Source of the DNA: Octopus sinensis
Taxonomy: Eukaryota
Length of the DNA: 38,277 bases
NCBI RefSeq assembly: GCF_006345805.1
Contig: NW_021832457.1
Span: 1 to 38,277, forward strand
Direction: 5' to 3'
Every line of letters starts with the position of its first letter. The first letter of the stretch is position 1. Position numbers and translations under genes: made by a program. Shown here in pieces: positions 24,423 to 36,092 of the stretch. A model generated the notes under the pieces. That model was not told the origin of the DNA. It ran no database searches and saw only the letters and a program-made list of their open reading frames with translations.

Positions 24423-24560
24423 GATGATGATAATGATGATGATGATGATGATGACGATGACGACGACGACGACGATAGCGGTGGTGGTCGTAATGGTGGT
24501 GGTGGTGGTGATGGTGGTGGCGGCGACGACGCAGTTGCTGTTGTTACAGTTACTGCTGTT
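24380..24560. repeat. (TTA/TGA/CGA/GGT/GTT)n compound trinucleotide tract
   Basis: Directly visible. Confidence 0.9.
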
Positions 24561-24968
24561 ATTGTTCCACTTGTTGCTTGTTGCCATTTTGCCTCTCTCT
24601 CTGTAACCCTGAGTATTGTTATAACACTTATGAACCGTGGATGAACAAAAATCTGCCATGCGGTATTTAGTTACATCCCTTTAAGTTCTGAGTTCAAATC
24701 CAGCTGTAGTCGACTTTACGTCTCGTTCATCTGAGATAAATTTAGATTTCCTATCCCCCATCCTTTGACCGGAAAGAGCAAGTAAATTTTCTCCGTCTTG
24801 TAGCTATGAAGAAAGAGGTTGTGGGGTAAAATCAACTGAAATGACAGGAGTCAAACACTTTCTTTCTCAACAAAGATTTTATGAACTTTTTCCTGTATCA
24901 AAGCAAAGTTGATTACAGGTGTATAGGAGAGACGAAACCGGTACGCCTGGGAAGGGACAAGTTCTTGA

Positions 24969-25111
24969 ATTTTATTAGAAGATTATAACCAGAAAATGGC
25001 AATTCCACGGTGAGTAAGGTAGATGGTGACAAGGGAAGCCTTTGACCCCCAAAATTTGCTACCCTTTTGTAGTGCCTTTGTATGGATACATTGCGGATTA
25101 GTTTTTAATTA
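24969..25111 (+). repeat. ~143-bp direct repeat, copy 1
   Basis: Near-identical to 28844-28986. Confidence 0.9.
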
Positions 25112-25842
25112 AGAGTCTTATAAATCAGTACTACTGCTGATGTTGCTACTATTGTTAATAGTCTTACCACAACTTCTGAAGATAATACTTCTACTACGCT
25201 TTTCAGTGTCAATAAAATAATTTCGATCGTGTGTAGTGGGCTCAGTTCAATCTGTAAAACGCCTCCCATGAAATACACTTATCATCGAAAACCAATGGTG
25301 ATCCATTTAATTGCTTATTTAGGCTTTGATCGATCAAACTTGAATAAGCAATTAAACGGGCTGAAACAGAAGAACGACAAGGGAACCTCTGTTTGATCGC
25401 TGGAGCTGCTAGAAATAGCAACAGTCTGTTTGAAATTACACTTCATCGTTTTAAAAATGCCACCCCTTGTGGCATTTTCCTTGTGCGAGGGTCTAGTGAA
25501 CAACCAGACGTACTTCCGTGTTCCTAAGAGAATATAGTATTGTGTTGAGGGATACATCTGTTTTGTTTTATTGCTTCTGATGTTATCTTAGTGCTTTTGC
25601 CCACCTGTTAAGTATATACAACGTGAATTGTGTTATCTTTTTTTTTCTTTTGGCTGGTTATTGCGTATAGTATATTTTATATCCGTTATGTTACGTGGTT
25701 TAGTACGTGATGCTAGTTGTTCAGCAGATAATGTACAGTATATTCTGTGTTATACTATTGAGAAACAATCGGGTTTATTATAGGTTGTGTGAGTTATTTG
25801 TAGTGTTATAAATTCGGGTGTCTGTCAATTATGTAAAAATGT

Positions 25843-26249
25843 TTTGTTTTGTTTTTCTACTCTGGGCACAAGGCCCGAAATTTTGGAGGAGTGTGCCAGT
25901 CGATTAGATAGACCCCAGTACGCGACTGGTACTTAATTTATCGACCCCAAAAGGATGAAAGATAAAGTTGACCTCGGCGGAATTTGAACTCAGAACATAA
26001 AGACAGACGAAATGCTTATTTCTTTACTACCCACAAGGGGCTAAACACAGAGGGGACAAACAAAGACAGACAACCGGATTAAGACGATTGCATCGACCTC
26101 AGTGCGTAACTGGTACTTAATTTTATGGCCCCGAAAGGATGAAAGGCAAAGTCGACCTCGGCGGAATTTGAACTCAGAACGTAACGGCAGACGAAATACT
26201 ACTTAGCATTTCGCCCGGCGTGCTAACGATTTTGCCAGCTCGCCGCACT
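25843..26249 (-). mobile_element. Family A SINE dimer
   Basis: Two cores, head, X and Y tails. Perfect 16-bp TSD AATTATGTAAAAATGT at 25827-25842 and 26250-26265. Confidence 0.95.
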
Positions 26250-26389
26250 AATTATGTAAAAATGTATTATCTTGTTGGATAGTGACTATGTATAGCACGT
26301 GCTTTGTGAGTTTGGTGATTTTATTAGATGACGATGGTTTAATAGTGAAATGCGTTGAGAGAACTGTGCAGAAAGTGTAGTGTGAGTCA

Positions 26390-28550
26390 TGCTATTGGAT
26401 TGAAAGTGTTTGCATAGTGTTCCCATTATACATCCCAGAATTATTTCTTGGTTTGGTGTAGACCGGTGGGGGCCAATATGTTGTTTTTATTTTGTTTTCT
26501 TTTGTTTGTGTTATTTTTACTATACTTTGTGCACCAATTATTATCGGCACTTATATCGCTTTCGTGTTTCACATCCTGCTGATTTCAACTTCAAAATCCT
26601 TATACTTTGATAGTTTCTCGATCTCAATTGAAGCGAAGTTTTGATCAGATGTCGTAAAGAGATTTTTTGTTCCTATCCTTGATTTTGCCCTATTCTATTC
26701 ACCAGTGTGGACTGGCATATCCCAGAACGTTATCATGTTCTGTGTTTGGTACATGTTGTTCGTGTCACTTCGTATACGTTTCCAAATTGAAACGTCGGTA
26801 TATTACCCAGTGGATATGCCTTTTAATTGGATCATATATTCGGACTTGTCAAGGACTGTGCAGCCAGAAATGATATTGTCAATTGTCTTATTGTAATGAT
26901 TAGAGTACCTGTAATTGATATTAGATCTTGTTATGTTATAATTTTCTTAAAATTATTTGAAGTTATTCATTGATTATGTTCAGCTAAAATCATAACCCAC
27001 ATTTTTAGATTTAGTTCAGAAATTTTGAGACAGTGTTAGCTTTCAATCCGGCCTTATTTCCCTTCCGTTGCTTCTTGCAGAATATTAGGCATGGAAAGAC
27101 TTTCTTTCCTTTTTTCCTCTTTTGTATATCTTAGAATTCTGTTTTTATTTTGTCATTTGTTTTTAGCCTTTTCTGTTCTTTTATCCTTATCCAAATTTAA
27201 TTAGCTTCCAGTTTCCAGTTCCTTCATTGTTCCTTCATTCTTTCACTGTTCCTTCGTTTAAAGAGGAAAGTTCTTGTTTATTCATGTTTCTTTGTTAAAC
27301 AAACCAACCGGCTTCCAAATATTTTTCTTGTTCCACTCTCGTTACTTTATAGAAATTCTCTAAATGTAGGACTAGGCTCTGAACTTTCTATGTACGGAGT
27401 AAGTGTACCCTACCTGTATCAGCTTTGGAGCGGTGGTCTTTAAATGTTGTTAAAGTGTAGTGAAGAAGCTTCTGTCTTAAGCGAAATCTTAACTTCCTGG
27501 TTATTATGTTGAAGCTTTAGCTTATAACTGAGATTACTACTGTCATATTTCTAGCATCGAGTTCAATTTTTTACAATAAGTTAAATTCTTCTGTTAGACT
27601 CTTTTTTCAAAATTATATTCTCTATTTCTGAGTGCTGTGTCTTATCACTTTCATCTATGCTTGAATATTTATTCTGGCTTAATTCTCTAATTTCAGTATC
27701 TGAATTATTATAATGTCAGTTCTAATTAATTTCACTCTTTTTATTGTAGCTTTTGGCACATTTATCTTGTCACACTGATTTTAATATCTTGACTGAATCC
27801 ATTAATATTTTCAAGTAGGTTTTCCAGCTGAGTATTGTAAATAGTTTTGAAATCATCTATGTAGAAGTGATGGTTTCTAATTTATCCGTGGCATATGTAA
27901 CCATTAGTGGTTTAATTCTACATCATTTAAAATAGAATTACGACAACTCTGAAGACTAGAAAGGGTAACGAGTCTTCTTGAAATATACTTCTTTTCATGG
28001 ATGTAGAGCTGCATTTAATCATCTCTTTGCAATGTAGTAACATGTGTTTTCCGTTTTTATATTGCATGGTTGGTGTACCGTATTAACTACTTATTTATAT
28101 GACCTGTATCCAGAATTCAATAATATGGTTTAGTATGAAATACCATACTAAGACTTATTTTCCGCAATATTTGTGGTCGTAATAGCTCATCTAGAACCGC
28201 TCTTCAAGCCATACGTCCCTTCCAAGTACTTATTTCTGTTTGTCCAGTAAAATGCTTTTGTTCTCCAGGTGAGAAGCCATACAAAGCTCTTATATCAATA
28301 CTCCTTTGGAGTAAAGATGATCTGTATGTTGTTGGCCAGCATTTTTTTTGTTGATTTAATGTCCCACAGACCAGGAACCTTTCATGTGTTAACTCTAGTA
28401 TACATTGCTTTCTGCTATTACAGATTCATGGTTATTGGTCAGGACTTCGACAGGAAATTGGGGACTTTTACAATCACAGGGGGTTCCCCAGTGACTTGTA
28501 GTTCTCAAAGTGTTGGTGAGCTCAATGTCGTCTACGATGGGGCATGATTG
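26390..28550 (-). mobile_element. Heavily decayed Dong/R4-like RLE LINE including RT remnants
   Basis: Minus-strand motifs occur in the correct order: MKRSIFQEDSLP (about 27963-27998, cf. GIFQGDSLSP), HFYIDDFK (about 27846-27869, cf. YMDD), GFSQDIK, DKCAK, TIDNIISGCTVL, FWDMPVHT, EKLSKYKD, VPIIIGA. Confidence 0.8.
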
Positions 28551-28560
28551 CTGTTATGTC

Positions 28561-28841
28561 GTCGACCTCGGCGGAATTTGAACTCAGAACGTAACGGCAG
28601 ACGCAATACCTATTTCTGTATTACCCACAAGGGGCTAAACATAGAGGGAACAAACAAGGACATACATAGGTATTAAGTCGATTACATCGACCCCAGTGCG
28701 TAACTGGTACTTAATTTATCGACCCCGGAAGGATGAAAGGCAAAGTCGACCTCGGCGGAATTTGAACTCAGAACGTAACGGCAGACGAAATACCGTTAAG
28801 CATTTCGCCCAGCGTACTAACGTTTCTGCCAGCTCGCCGCC
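28561..28841 (-). mobile_element. Family A SINE dimer, 3'-truncated
   Basis: Head, full core, X tail and a partial second core that breaks off at gtcgac against the LINE remnant; no TSD seen. Confidence 0.9.
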
Positions 28842-28843
28842 TT

Positions 28844-28986
28844 ATTTTATAAGAAGCTTATAACCAGAAAATGGCAATTCCACAGTGAGTAAGGAAGACG
28901 GTGACAAGGGAAGCCTTTGACCCCCAAAATTTGCTACCCTTTTCTGGTGCCTTTGTATGGATACATTGCGGATTAGTTTTTAATTA
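28844..28986 (+). repeat. ~143-bp direct repeat, copy 2
   Basis: Near-identical to 24969-25111. Confidence 0.9.
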
Positions 28987-29384
28987 GTTTCTGTGTTGAA
29001 TTACGTTCTGCCTCTCCACCTCTCCTTTTATACGTATTCCTCCACATATTTTGTAACGTTTTTGTATCCACCATTACCACTACATTAAAAAGGTTTATAT
29101 TTTATGTGATGGTCCCCTGTGGCCAATAGAAAAGCTATTATAATTATTGTCATTAATACATATTTTAATTCCATAGATTTTATTTTTTTTTTCTTTATAA
29201 TATACTGAGGTATGGAATCTTACAAAAGATATATATAAATGTCTTAAAGCTAGATTGAGAGATTTATCCACAGATTTCATTTCGAAGTTAATCTTAATCT
29301 TTTCATTTCATTCTACTTGTCATAGTCCATATATCTGTGTTTCTGCCCGAGAAATTTTATGGCATATTATATATAAATTTCCGT

Positions 29385-29630
29385 ATGTATGTATGTATGT
29401 GTATGTATGCATGTACGGATGTATCTATGTATGTATTTTTGTGTGCGTGTGTGTGTATGTATGTATGTATGTATGTTTGTGTGTGTGTATGTATATGTAA
29501 GTATGTATGTTTGTATATATGTATGTATGTATATGTATGTAAGTATGTATGTATATGTATGTAAGTATGTTTGTATGTATGTATGTATGTATGTATGCAT
29601 GTATGTATGCGTGTGTGTGTGTGTGCGTGT
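29385..29630. repeat. (TATG)n/(TG)n tract
   Basis: Directly visible. Confidence 0.95.
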
Positions 29631-29711
29631 ACATATATGTAATATTCATTAATTCAAAGAAATATACACAATAAATAATATACATAAATCTAGCCACAAT
29701 ATGAATTCAGA

Positions 29712-29950
29712 CTACGATATTACATTCTCAATCGCCATCACTTCAAGACAGATTATACGAACAAATAAAATCCCACTAGGAAAAATAATCATTATTACAA
29801 TCAGAAAAGGAGCTAAAACGGCAATGTCATTTGACAAAGTAAGAAATACAAATAGGGAAATTAAAAGATTGGTGATACGACACAATAGCATGCAGATATA
29901 TATCTGTACACAAGCATACTCAAAAATAGTATCTGAATAGGTAAATAAAC
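29712..29950 (-). pseudogene. Possible Cys-loop receptor beta10/M2/M3-like fragment
   Basis: FTYSDTIFEYACVQIYI..ITNLLISLFVFLTL..IAVLAPFLIVIMIIFPSGILFVRII resembles nAChR M2 (ITVLLSLTVFLLL) and M3, but the alignment needs deletions. Confidence 0.3.
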
Positions 29951-30131
29951 GAAAAGATAAATGCCCGAATAAATAAATAAAATATACATACACGCAGAAA
30001 CAGCTGTACCATCAATAGCTTCATTAACTCAAAGCATTATGCAAGGATGTATACTACCAGTGGTAAGTAGAAAGGAGCAGCAATTATCGCGCTCCGACCG
30101 TGTCCACTTTGCCTGCTTGTGTTGAGGCTAT

Positions 30132-30547
30132 TCTTTTCTTTTTCTTCTTTTTACTTGTTTCAGTCATTTGACTGTGGCCATGCTAGATCACCGCCTTTAG
30201 TCGAGCAAATCGACCCCGGAACTTATTCTTTTTTGTAAGCCCAGTACTTATTCCATCGGTCTCTTTTGCCGAACCGCTAAGTGACGAGGACGTAAGCACA
30301 CCAGCATCGGTTGTCAAGCAATGCTAGGGGGACAAACACAGACACACAAACACACATACATACATATATATATATACATATATACGACGGGCTTCTTTCA
30401 GTTTCCGTCTACCAAATCCACTCACAAGGCTTTGGTCGGCCCGAGGCTATAGTAGAAGACACTTGCCCAAGATGCAACGCAGTGGGACTGAACCCGGAAC
30501 CATGTGGTTGGGTAGCAAGCTACTTACCACACAGCCACTCCTGCGCC
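30132..30547 (-). mobile_element. Family B SINE, full length, young
   Basis: High identity to 15838-16334, with a shorter internal microsatellite. Confidence 0.92.
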
Positions 30548-30771
30548 TATCACTAGAATCTACGGAAATACACTAGACTGTGGAAAAAATATATGTCCAC
30601 TATCACATTTTTCACCACTGCATGTTGGAGAGTGCAGAATGTCAGCAGATATGCAGACGATTGTTACATCTGAAACAACAGATGTACAAACGCCGATAAA
30701 GCACGTTCACCGTTTATGGCTGACGCTGGATCTACCTCAGGAAGTCCTCAGTGTATGTTGAGTATAAAACA

Positions 30772-30900
30772 AACGACGAAGACGGAAAATGGATTACACG
30801 GGAAACTTTATTGCTCACAACGATCGTTTCGACACATCCTGCGTCGATCCCGCGCGGGTGGGAAACTATACATTATATATATACATTATATATATAAACA
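30772..30900 (-). mobile_element. 129-bp insert, probable Penelope-LTR remnant
   Basis: Bounded by tataa(a)aca on both sides. The minus strand has gtcGAAAcgatcgtt..caataaa (hammerhead 3' half with palindromic ACGATCGT), but no CTGANGA is visible. Confidence 0.45.
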
Positions 30901-31419
30901 TGATCATATATATATACGTGATCTGGGTCGACTTGAAATGCAAAACAGCAATTTCTTCAACTCTATCGTTGGGTACCTTAAAAGAAGTTCATTGTTGCTG
31001 ACCTTCGAACTATGTTTCACTCAATCAGGTATAAGTGCAGCATCCATGACCTTTCACGAGGCCTTCGAAGATAGTAGGGGGAGGAGGAACAGAGAGATAA
31101 AATTATCCTCAAATTGGGGACCTTTGTCCAAATGCTTGCAACAAAGAAAAATCACTTATAAGTATCCAAGTGGTGGCGCATTTGAATACCTATAAAACAC
31201 ACACGAACATACATACAGAAATACGCACACACATACACATACACACACACACATACACACATTATTTTGTTGAAATGTATTACCATCGATATATATAGAC
31301 AATGTGTTCTGGGGGTTATTTTCAAGGGGAAAGAGATAGACTTAATACGAAATAAGGTTAGTGTTCATTTATACGTGCGTGTATTTGTGTTTGTGTAAGT
31401 TAATATTTAGGAATTGGAG

Positions 31420-31832
31420 GGCGGCGAGCTGGCAGAAACGTTAGCACGACGGGCGAAATGCGTAGCCGTATTTCGTCTGCCGTTACGTTCTGAGCTCAAA
31501 TTCCGCCGAGATCAACTTTGCCTTTCATCCTTTCGGGGTCGATTAAATAAGTACCAGTTACACAGTGGGGTCGATATAATCGACTTAATCTGTTTGTCTG
31601 TCCTTGTTTGTCCCCTTTGTGTGTAGCCCCTTGTGGGCAGTAAAGAAATAGTATTTCGTCTGCCGCTACGTTCTGAGTACAAATTCCGCCGAGGTTGACT
31701 TTACCTTTCATCTTTTCGGGGTCGATTAAACAAGTACCAGTTACGCACTGAGGTCGATGTAATCGACTTAACCCCTTTGTCTTTCCTTGTTTGTCCCCTC
31801 TAGGTTTAACCCCTATGGACAATAAAGAAATA
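31420..31832 (+). mobile_element. Family A SINE dimer with X tails only
   Basis: Head plus two cores, ending ..caataaagaaata; flanked by aatatttaggaattgg (31402-31417) and aatatttaggtgttgg (31833-31848). Confidence 0.9.
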
Positions 31833-31849
31833 AATATTTAGGTGTTGGG

Positions 31850-32053
31850 AGACATGTTAGCACTCAGGGCAAAATGCTTAACGGTATTTCTTCTATCTTT
31901 ACGTTCTGAGTTCAAATTACGCTGAGGTCGACTTTACCTTTCATCCTTTCGGTGTCGATAAATTAAGTGCCAGTTGCGTACTGGGGGTGGGGTCTATCTA
32001 ATCGACTGACGCTCTCCCCAAAAATTTTGGGCTTTGTGCCTAGAGTAGAAAAG
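31850..32053 (+). mobile_element. Family A SINE monomer with Y tail
   Basis: 5'-trimmed head, core and Y tail. Perfect 17-bp TSD aatatttaggtgttggg at 31833-31849 and 32054-32070. Confidence 0.9.
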
Positions 32054-32085
32054 AATATTTAGGTGTTGGGTATGTTCCTAGTAGT

Positions 32086-32199
32086 ACGCCGGTAATGCAC
32101 GTTCACCGCCTATGGCTACCTGACGTCATCCACGATAATTACACAATTGATGCTGGATCTACCTCAGGAACTCCTCAGTGTATGTTGAGTATAAAACAT
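32086..32199 (+). pseudogene. Partial duplicate of the Cys-loop-like segment, retaining the WxPD motif
   Basis: TPVMHVHRLWLPDVIHDNYTIDAGSTSGTPQCMLSIKH; the DNA matches 30690-30771 except for 31 nt absent there. Confidence 0.5.
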
Positions 32200-32606
32200 A
32201 TATATTTGTATGCATATGTGTGTATTTAAGTGTTTCTGGTGTATATTTGTCTTTGTATTTGAATGAGCATGTGTGTGCGCGTGTATAAATATGATTGTGT
32301 ATGATATGTCCATTTGAATATGTACATATATGTACGTGTATAAAAAGCAAATAAGTAACAAGAATGTCAAGGTATTAATTCATTACGGCTGTTTCATGTG
32401 CCTCTATTTAATCGAACAATGCAAGCATTACATCAATATGAACTACACCACCATCTTCGGATGCAAAATATAGGTTTTCAACATACGGGATACTCCATTA
32501 TAATTTTTAGCAAATATTTCATCAGAACTAGAGAATGAAAGAAATATATGGAGTGGCAGAAGAGAATAATAGCAGGGGTCATGTGATGATAAATAAGCTA
32601 CAATTG

Positions 32607-32646
<40 letters not shown>

Positions 32647-33007
32647 GGGCTGAGAATGTCTTTGCGTATTTGGATGTGTTTGTGTATTTTAATGACCATA
32701 AATAGATGCGCGTGCTTGTAAGTGCTTGTATTTGTGTGTGACGTTTTATGTATTTGCGCACGTGTATGTATGCGTGTGTGCCTTTTGTCTGTGTGCGTGT
32801 GTGTGTGTGTCTGTGTGTGTGTGGTGCGTGCGTGCGTGCGCGCGCGGATTTATTTGGACGTATATGCCCTGAAGTAAACAGTCCAGCGTTCTATAGAAAG
32901 ATTGGTATTTATCCCAGCAGATCTATCCCAAAAGGAACCTTTAGGCAGCACAGAGCTTTATTTTATGACTTTTAGCTATGCATTTCCTCTATAACTCAGC
33001 TTATCTC

Positions 33008-33013
33008 TATCCA

Positions 33014-33096
<83 letters not shown>

Positions 33097-33391
33097 GAAG
33101 AGAAAGATAAATAAATAAAAAGGGAGAGATAGGAAAGTGGGAAAGAGAGAGAAAGAAAGAAAGAAAAAGAAAAGAAAGGAAAAAGAAAGAAAGAAAGAAT
33201 GAATGAAAGAAAGAAAGAAAGAAAGAAGGTAGTGCATTCTTCAGATGTCTAACATTTGTGTCAATAACTTAACTGTTTCATTTGTTTATAAATTCACGTA
33301 GGTTTGTTTCAAAACATTGCGGAAGTGTTTGAGTGAGAAGATTCCCGTGTCGCGGTTTAGGGGTTCGATTAATATGTAAGTAATTGATATC

Positions 33392-33478
<87 letters not shown>
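33008..33478. repeat. (CT)n, (GAAA)n and (CT)n tracts
   Basis: Directly visible, with a short unique spacer. Confidence 0.9.
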
Positions 33479-33639
33479 TCATACATCCGACTCACCTTCA
33501 GCTGTCAGCCAATAAGTTAGTAGTTTTAGTTAAGTTTGTGATAATATCTTGAGCGGGTGGAGAACCAAAGTGTTGACAAGAAATAAGTATATCGTTACAA
33601 TACATGATGGACAGTCCCAACGAAGACGACGCATGAGCA

Positions 33640-33794
33640 TTCAGCTTTTGCCGAACGACCTACACAAATGATCGCAAAGTAACGCGAGACGAAGTGTTTT
33701 GCTCAAGAGCACACCGCACCACCTGATCTAGGAATTGAAATCACAACCCACCGATCGTGAGTGCAACACCCTATCCACTAAGCCATGCGCCCTC
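33640..33794 (-). mobile_element. Family D tRNA-derived SINE head, diverged
   Basis: Minus strand: gagggcgcaTGGCTTAGTGGataggg...gatttcaattcct...cttgagcaaaacacttc. Confidence 0.7.
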
Positions 33795-33805
33795 ATGAAT
33801 ATATT

Positions 33806-34395
33806 CTTTTCTACTCTAGGCACAAGGCCCGAAATTTTGGGGGAGGGGCCAGTCGATTAAATCGACCCAGTGCGTAACTGGTACTTAATCTTATCGACCC
33901 CGAAAGGATGAAAGACAAAGTCGACCTCGGCGGAATTTGAACTCAGAACGTAGCAGCAGACGAAATACCTATTTCTTTACTACCTACAAGGGGCTAAACA
34001 CAGAGGGGACAAACAAGGACAGACAAAGGAATTAAGTCGATTACATCGACTCCAGTGAGTAACTGGTACTTAATTTTATCGACCCCGAAAGGATGAAAGA
34101 CAAAGTCGACCTCGGCAGAATTTGAACTCAGAACGTAACGGCAGACGAAATACCTATTTCTATTTCTTTACTACCCACAAGTGGCTAAACACAGAGAGGA
34201 CAAACAAGGACAGACAAACGGATTAAGTCGATTATATCGACCCCAGTGCGTAACTGGTACTTAATTTATAGACCCCGAAAGGATGAAAGGCAAAGTCGAC
34301 CTCGGCGGAATTTGAACTCATAACGTAACGGCAGACGAAATACGGCTACGCATTTCGCCCGGTGTGCTAACGTTTCTGCCAGCTCTCCGCCTTAC
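33806..34395 (-). mobile_element. Family A SINE trimer
   Basis: Three cores; TSD ccctcat(g/a)aatatatt at 33790-33805 and 34396-34411. Confidence 0.93.
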
Positions 34396-34949
34396 CCCTC
34401 ATAAATATATTAGTCAATAACCAATATTACCTTTTTTTTTTTTGTCACGAGCCCAAGAGGTGGTTTCTATGTAATTACTCGACCGACAAGAAAAAGCCGA
34501 CAAATCTCAGTCAATCCTGATACCACTATCTTTAAGGTGACTACGTTGGATAAAGGAGAAAAACAATGTCATGGCTGGAACGCGTTTGATAATAGGTCTG
34601 CTCTATCAGAGTTTCCTTGGTGTTACAGTGCAGTAGTAATCACACGATCACGCGCAAGTTGTGGTATACCAACACATCCATATATTAACACCCAGAGCTA
34701 CGTATATAAGAAAACAAATATAAGCACACGCACACAGAGAGAGGCTAATATATCAACATATTAACACCTGCGTAACAGACACACAAATATAACCAAGTCA
34801 TTGTATGCTTTGATATAGTTATATCCATAGCTACGTATACACCGACACATACACACACACACACTACTAAAATACCAGCATCTACAGAAACACATATACA
34901 CATTCATAAAACATACGCACACACACGAGCGAACGTATTCCAATTCAAT

Positions 34950-35025
34950 GCACCCCCAACACAAATACCAACACACCACCACACACACCCACACCACACA
35001 CACACACATATATATATATATATAC

Positions 35026-35070
<45 letters not shown>

Positions 35071-35400
35071 GTATATATATATATATATATCTATAATTAT
35101 ATATATATATATATAATATATATGATTATATATATATATATACTATAAATACATGTAATATATATACATAACAAAAATGTCAAACTATACATAGGCATAC
35201 AAACAATACATGCCAAGACACAGACACACACATACCTAGCAAAACATACACACGTACACAAACGCACACCAGTCACCACCATCATACGCATTTCTAAACA
35301 TCTGAGACACTTATACACGCGCACAGATACACATGCATGCACAGATACACATGCATGCATAGAAAGAATCACACACACACACTCACGCACACCCGTTCAA
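34950..35400. repeat. (CA)n/(TA)n tract
   Basis: Directly visible. Confidence 0.9.
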
Positions 35401-35619
35401 ATACACACATACACAGATACTGAGAACGGAAAGATGTAATCACACATCCTTTGCGAAATCACCAAGCGGTGGGTGGAGCAGTGGTGGGTGGCACTGAGGA
35501 GGGTGGGGCAATGAAGGTCGTTACTACACAATAAAACCTCTTCTCCATCTTGACAGGAAACTAAACGGAAAGACCCAGCACTTTACTGGTTTCCGCCATG
35601 TTGGATTTTAATGTTTCAT

Positions 35620-35990
35620 TATCAGCAGCAGCAGTAGCAAATACTGCAGCAGCTGCTGTAGCAAATTGAGAAATATCCTTACCGCTACCACCACTGCCAC
35701 CACCACCACCACTACTACCACCACCACCACCACCACTACCACAATGGCTTCCATTTTCGTCATCGTTATCATCGTCATAATTCCTTATCATCGCCGCCAA
35801 CGTCGTCGTCGTTGGCGACGTGTCATTGTCCTCTTCGTTGACGACATCGTCCTCATCATTATCACCATCATCAGCACCAAATTTGTCATCATAATCACCA
35901 AGATCAGCATCAGCATCAGCATCACCAGCAGCAGCACTGTCATCATCATCATCAACATTATCATCTTTTTTTCATTATATATATATATAT
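35620..35990. repeat. Compound (GCA/ACC/CAT/CGT)n low-complexity tract
   Basis: Degenerate trinucleotide runs. Confidence 0.85.
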
Positions 35991-36092
35991 ATATACATAC
36001 ATACGCACATACTTTTCAATGTGCGTCTACATGTGTTTGTGTGTGTGTTCATGTGCTCGTATGTGTGTATGTATGCATGTATGTATTTCGTA

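Larger units (their letters stand above)
29998..31195 (+). pseudogene. Decayed Cys-loop ligand-binding domain (nAChR/AChBP-like), interrupted by a SINE and a 129-bp insert
   Basis: Colinear fragments: SLTQSIMQGCILPV; LRLSLES; MSTITFFTTACWR-CRM; HRLWL[PDVIHDNYTI from the duplicate]DAGSTSGSPQCMLSIKHDHIY; LKC..EVHC-LTFE; SSNWG; LQQRKITYKYPSGGAFEYL. About 650 nt remain after removing inserts, which is the size of such a domain. Confidence 0.5.

Noticed and set aside
24804-24978. Plus-strand exon-like frame with an in-frame TGA (possible selenocysteine)
   Set aside because: No recognisable selenoprotein motif or SECIS element; an ordinary stop codon is more likely.
33496-33547. Minus-strand exon ending GAAG|GTGAGT
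   Set aside because: All three frames contain stops and the acceptor is weak.
35561-35970. ~135-codon Asp/Gly/Ala-rich open frame on the minus strand with a CAACATGGCGG (YY1-like) motif
   Set aside because: It is built from degenerate trinucleotide repeats, with no convincing splice acceptor or recognisable domain.
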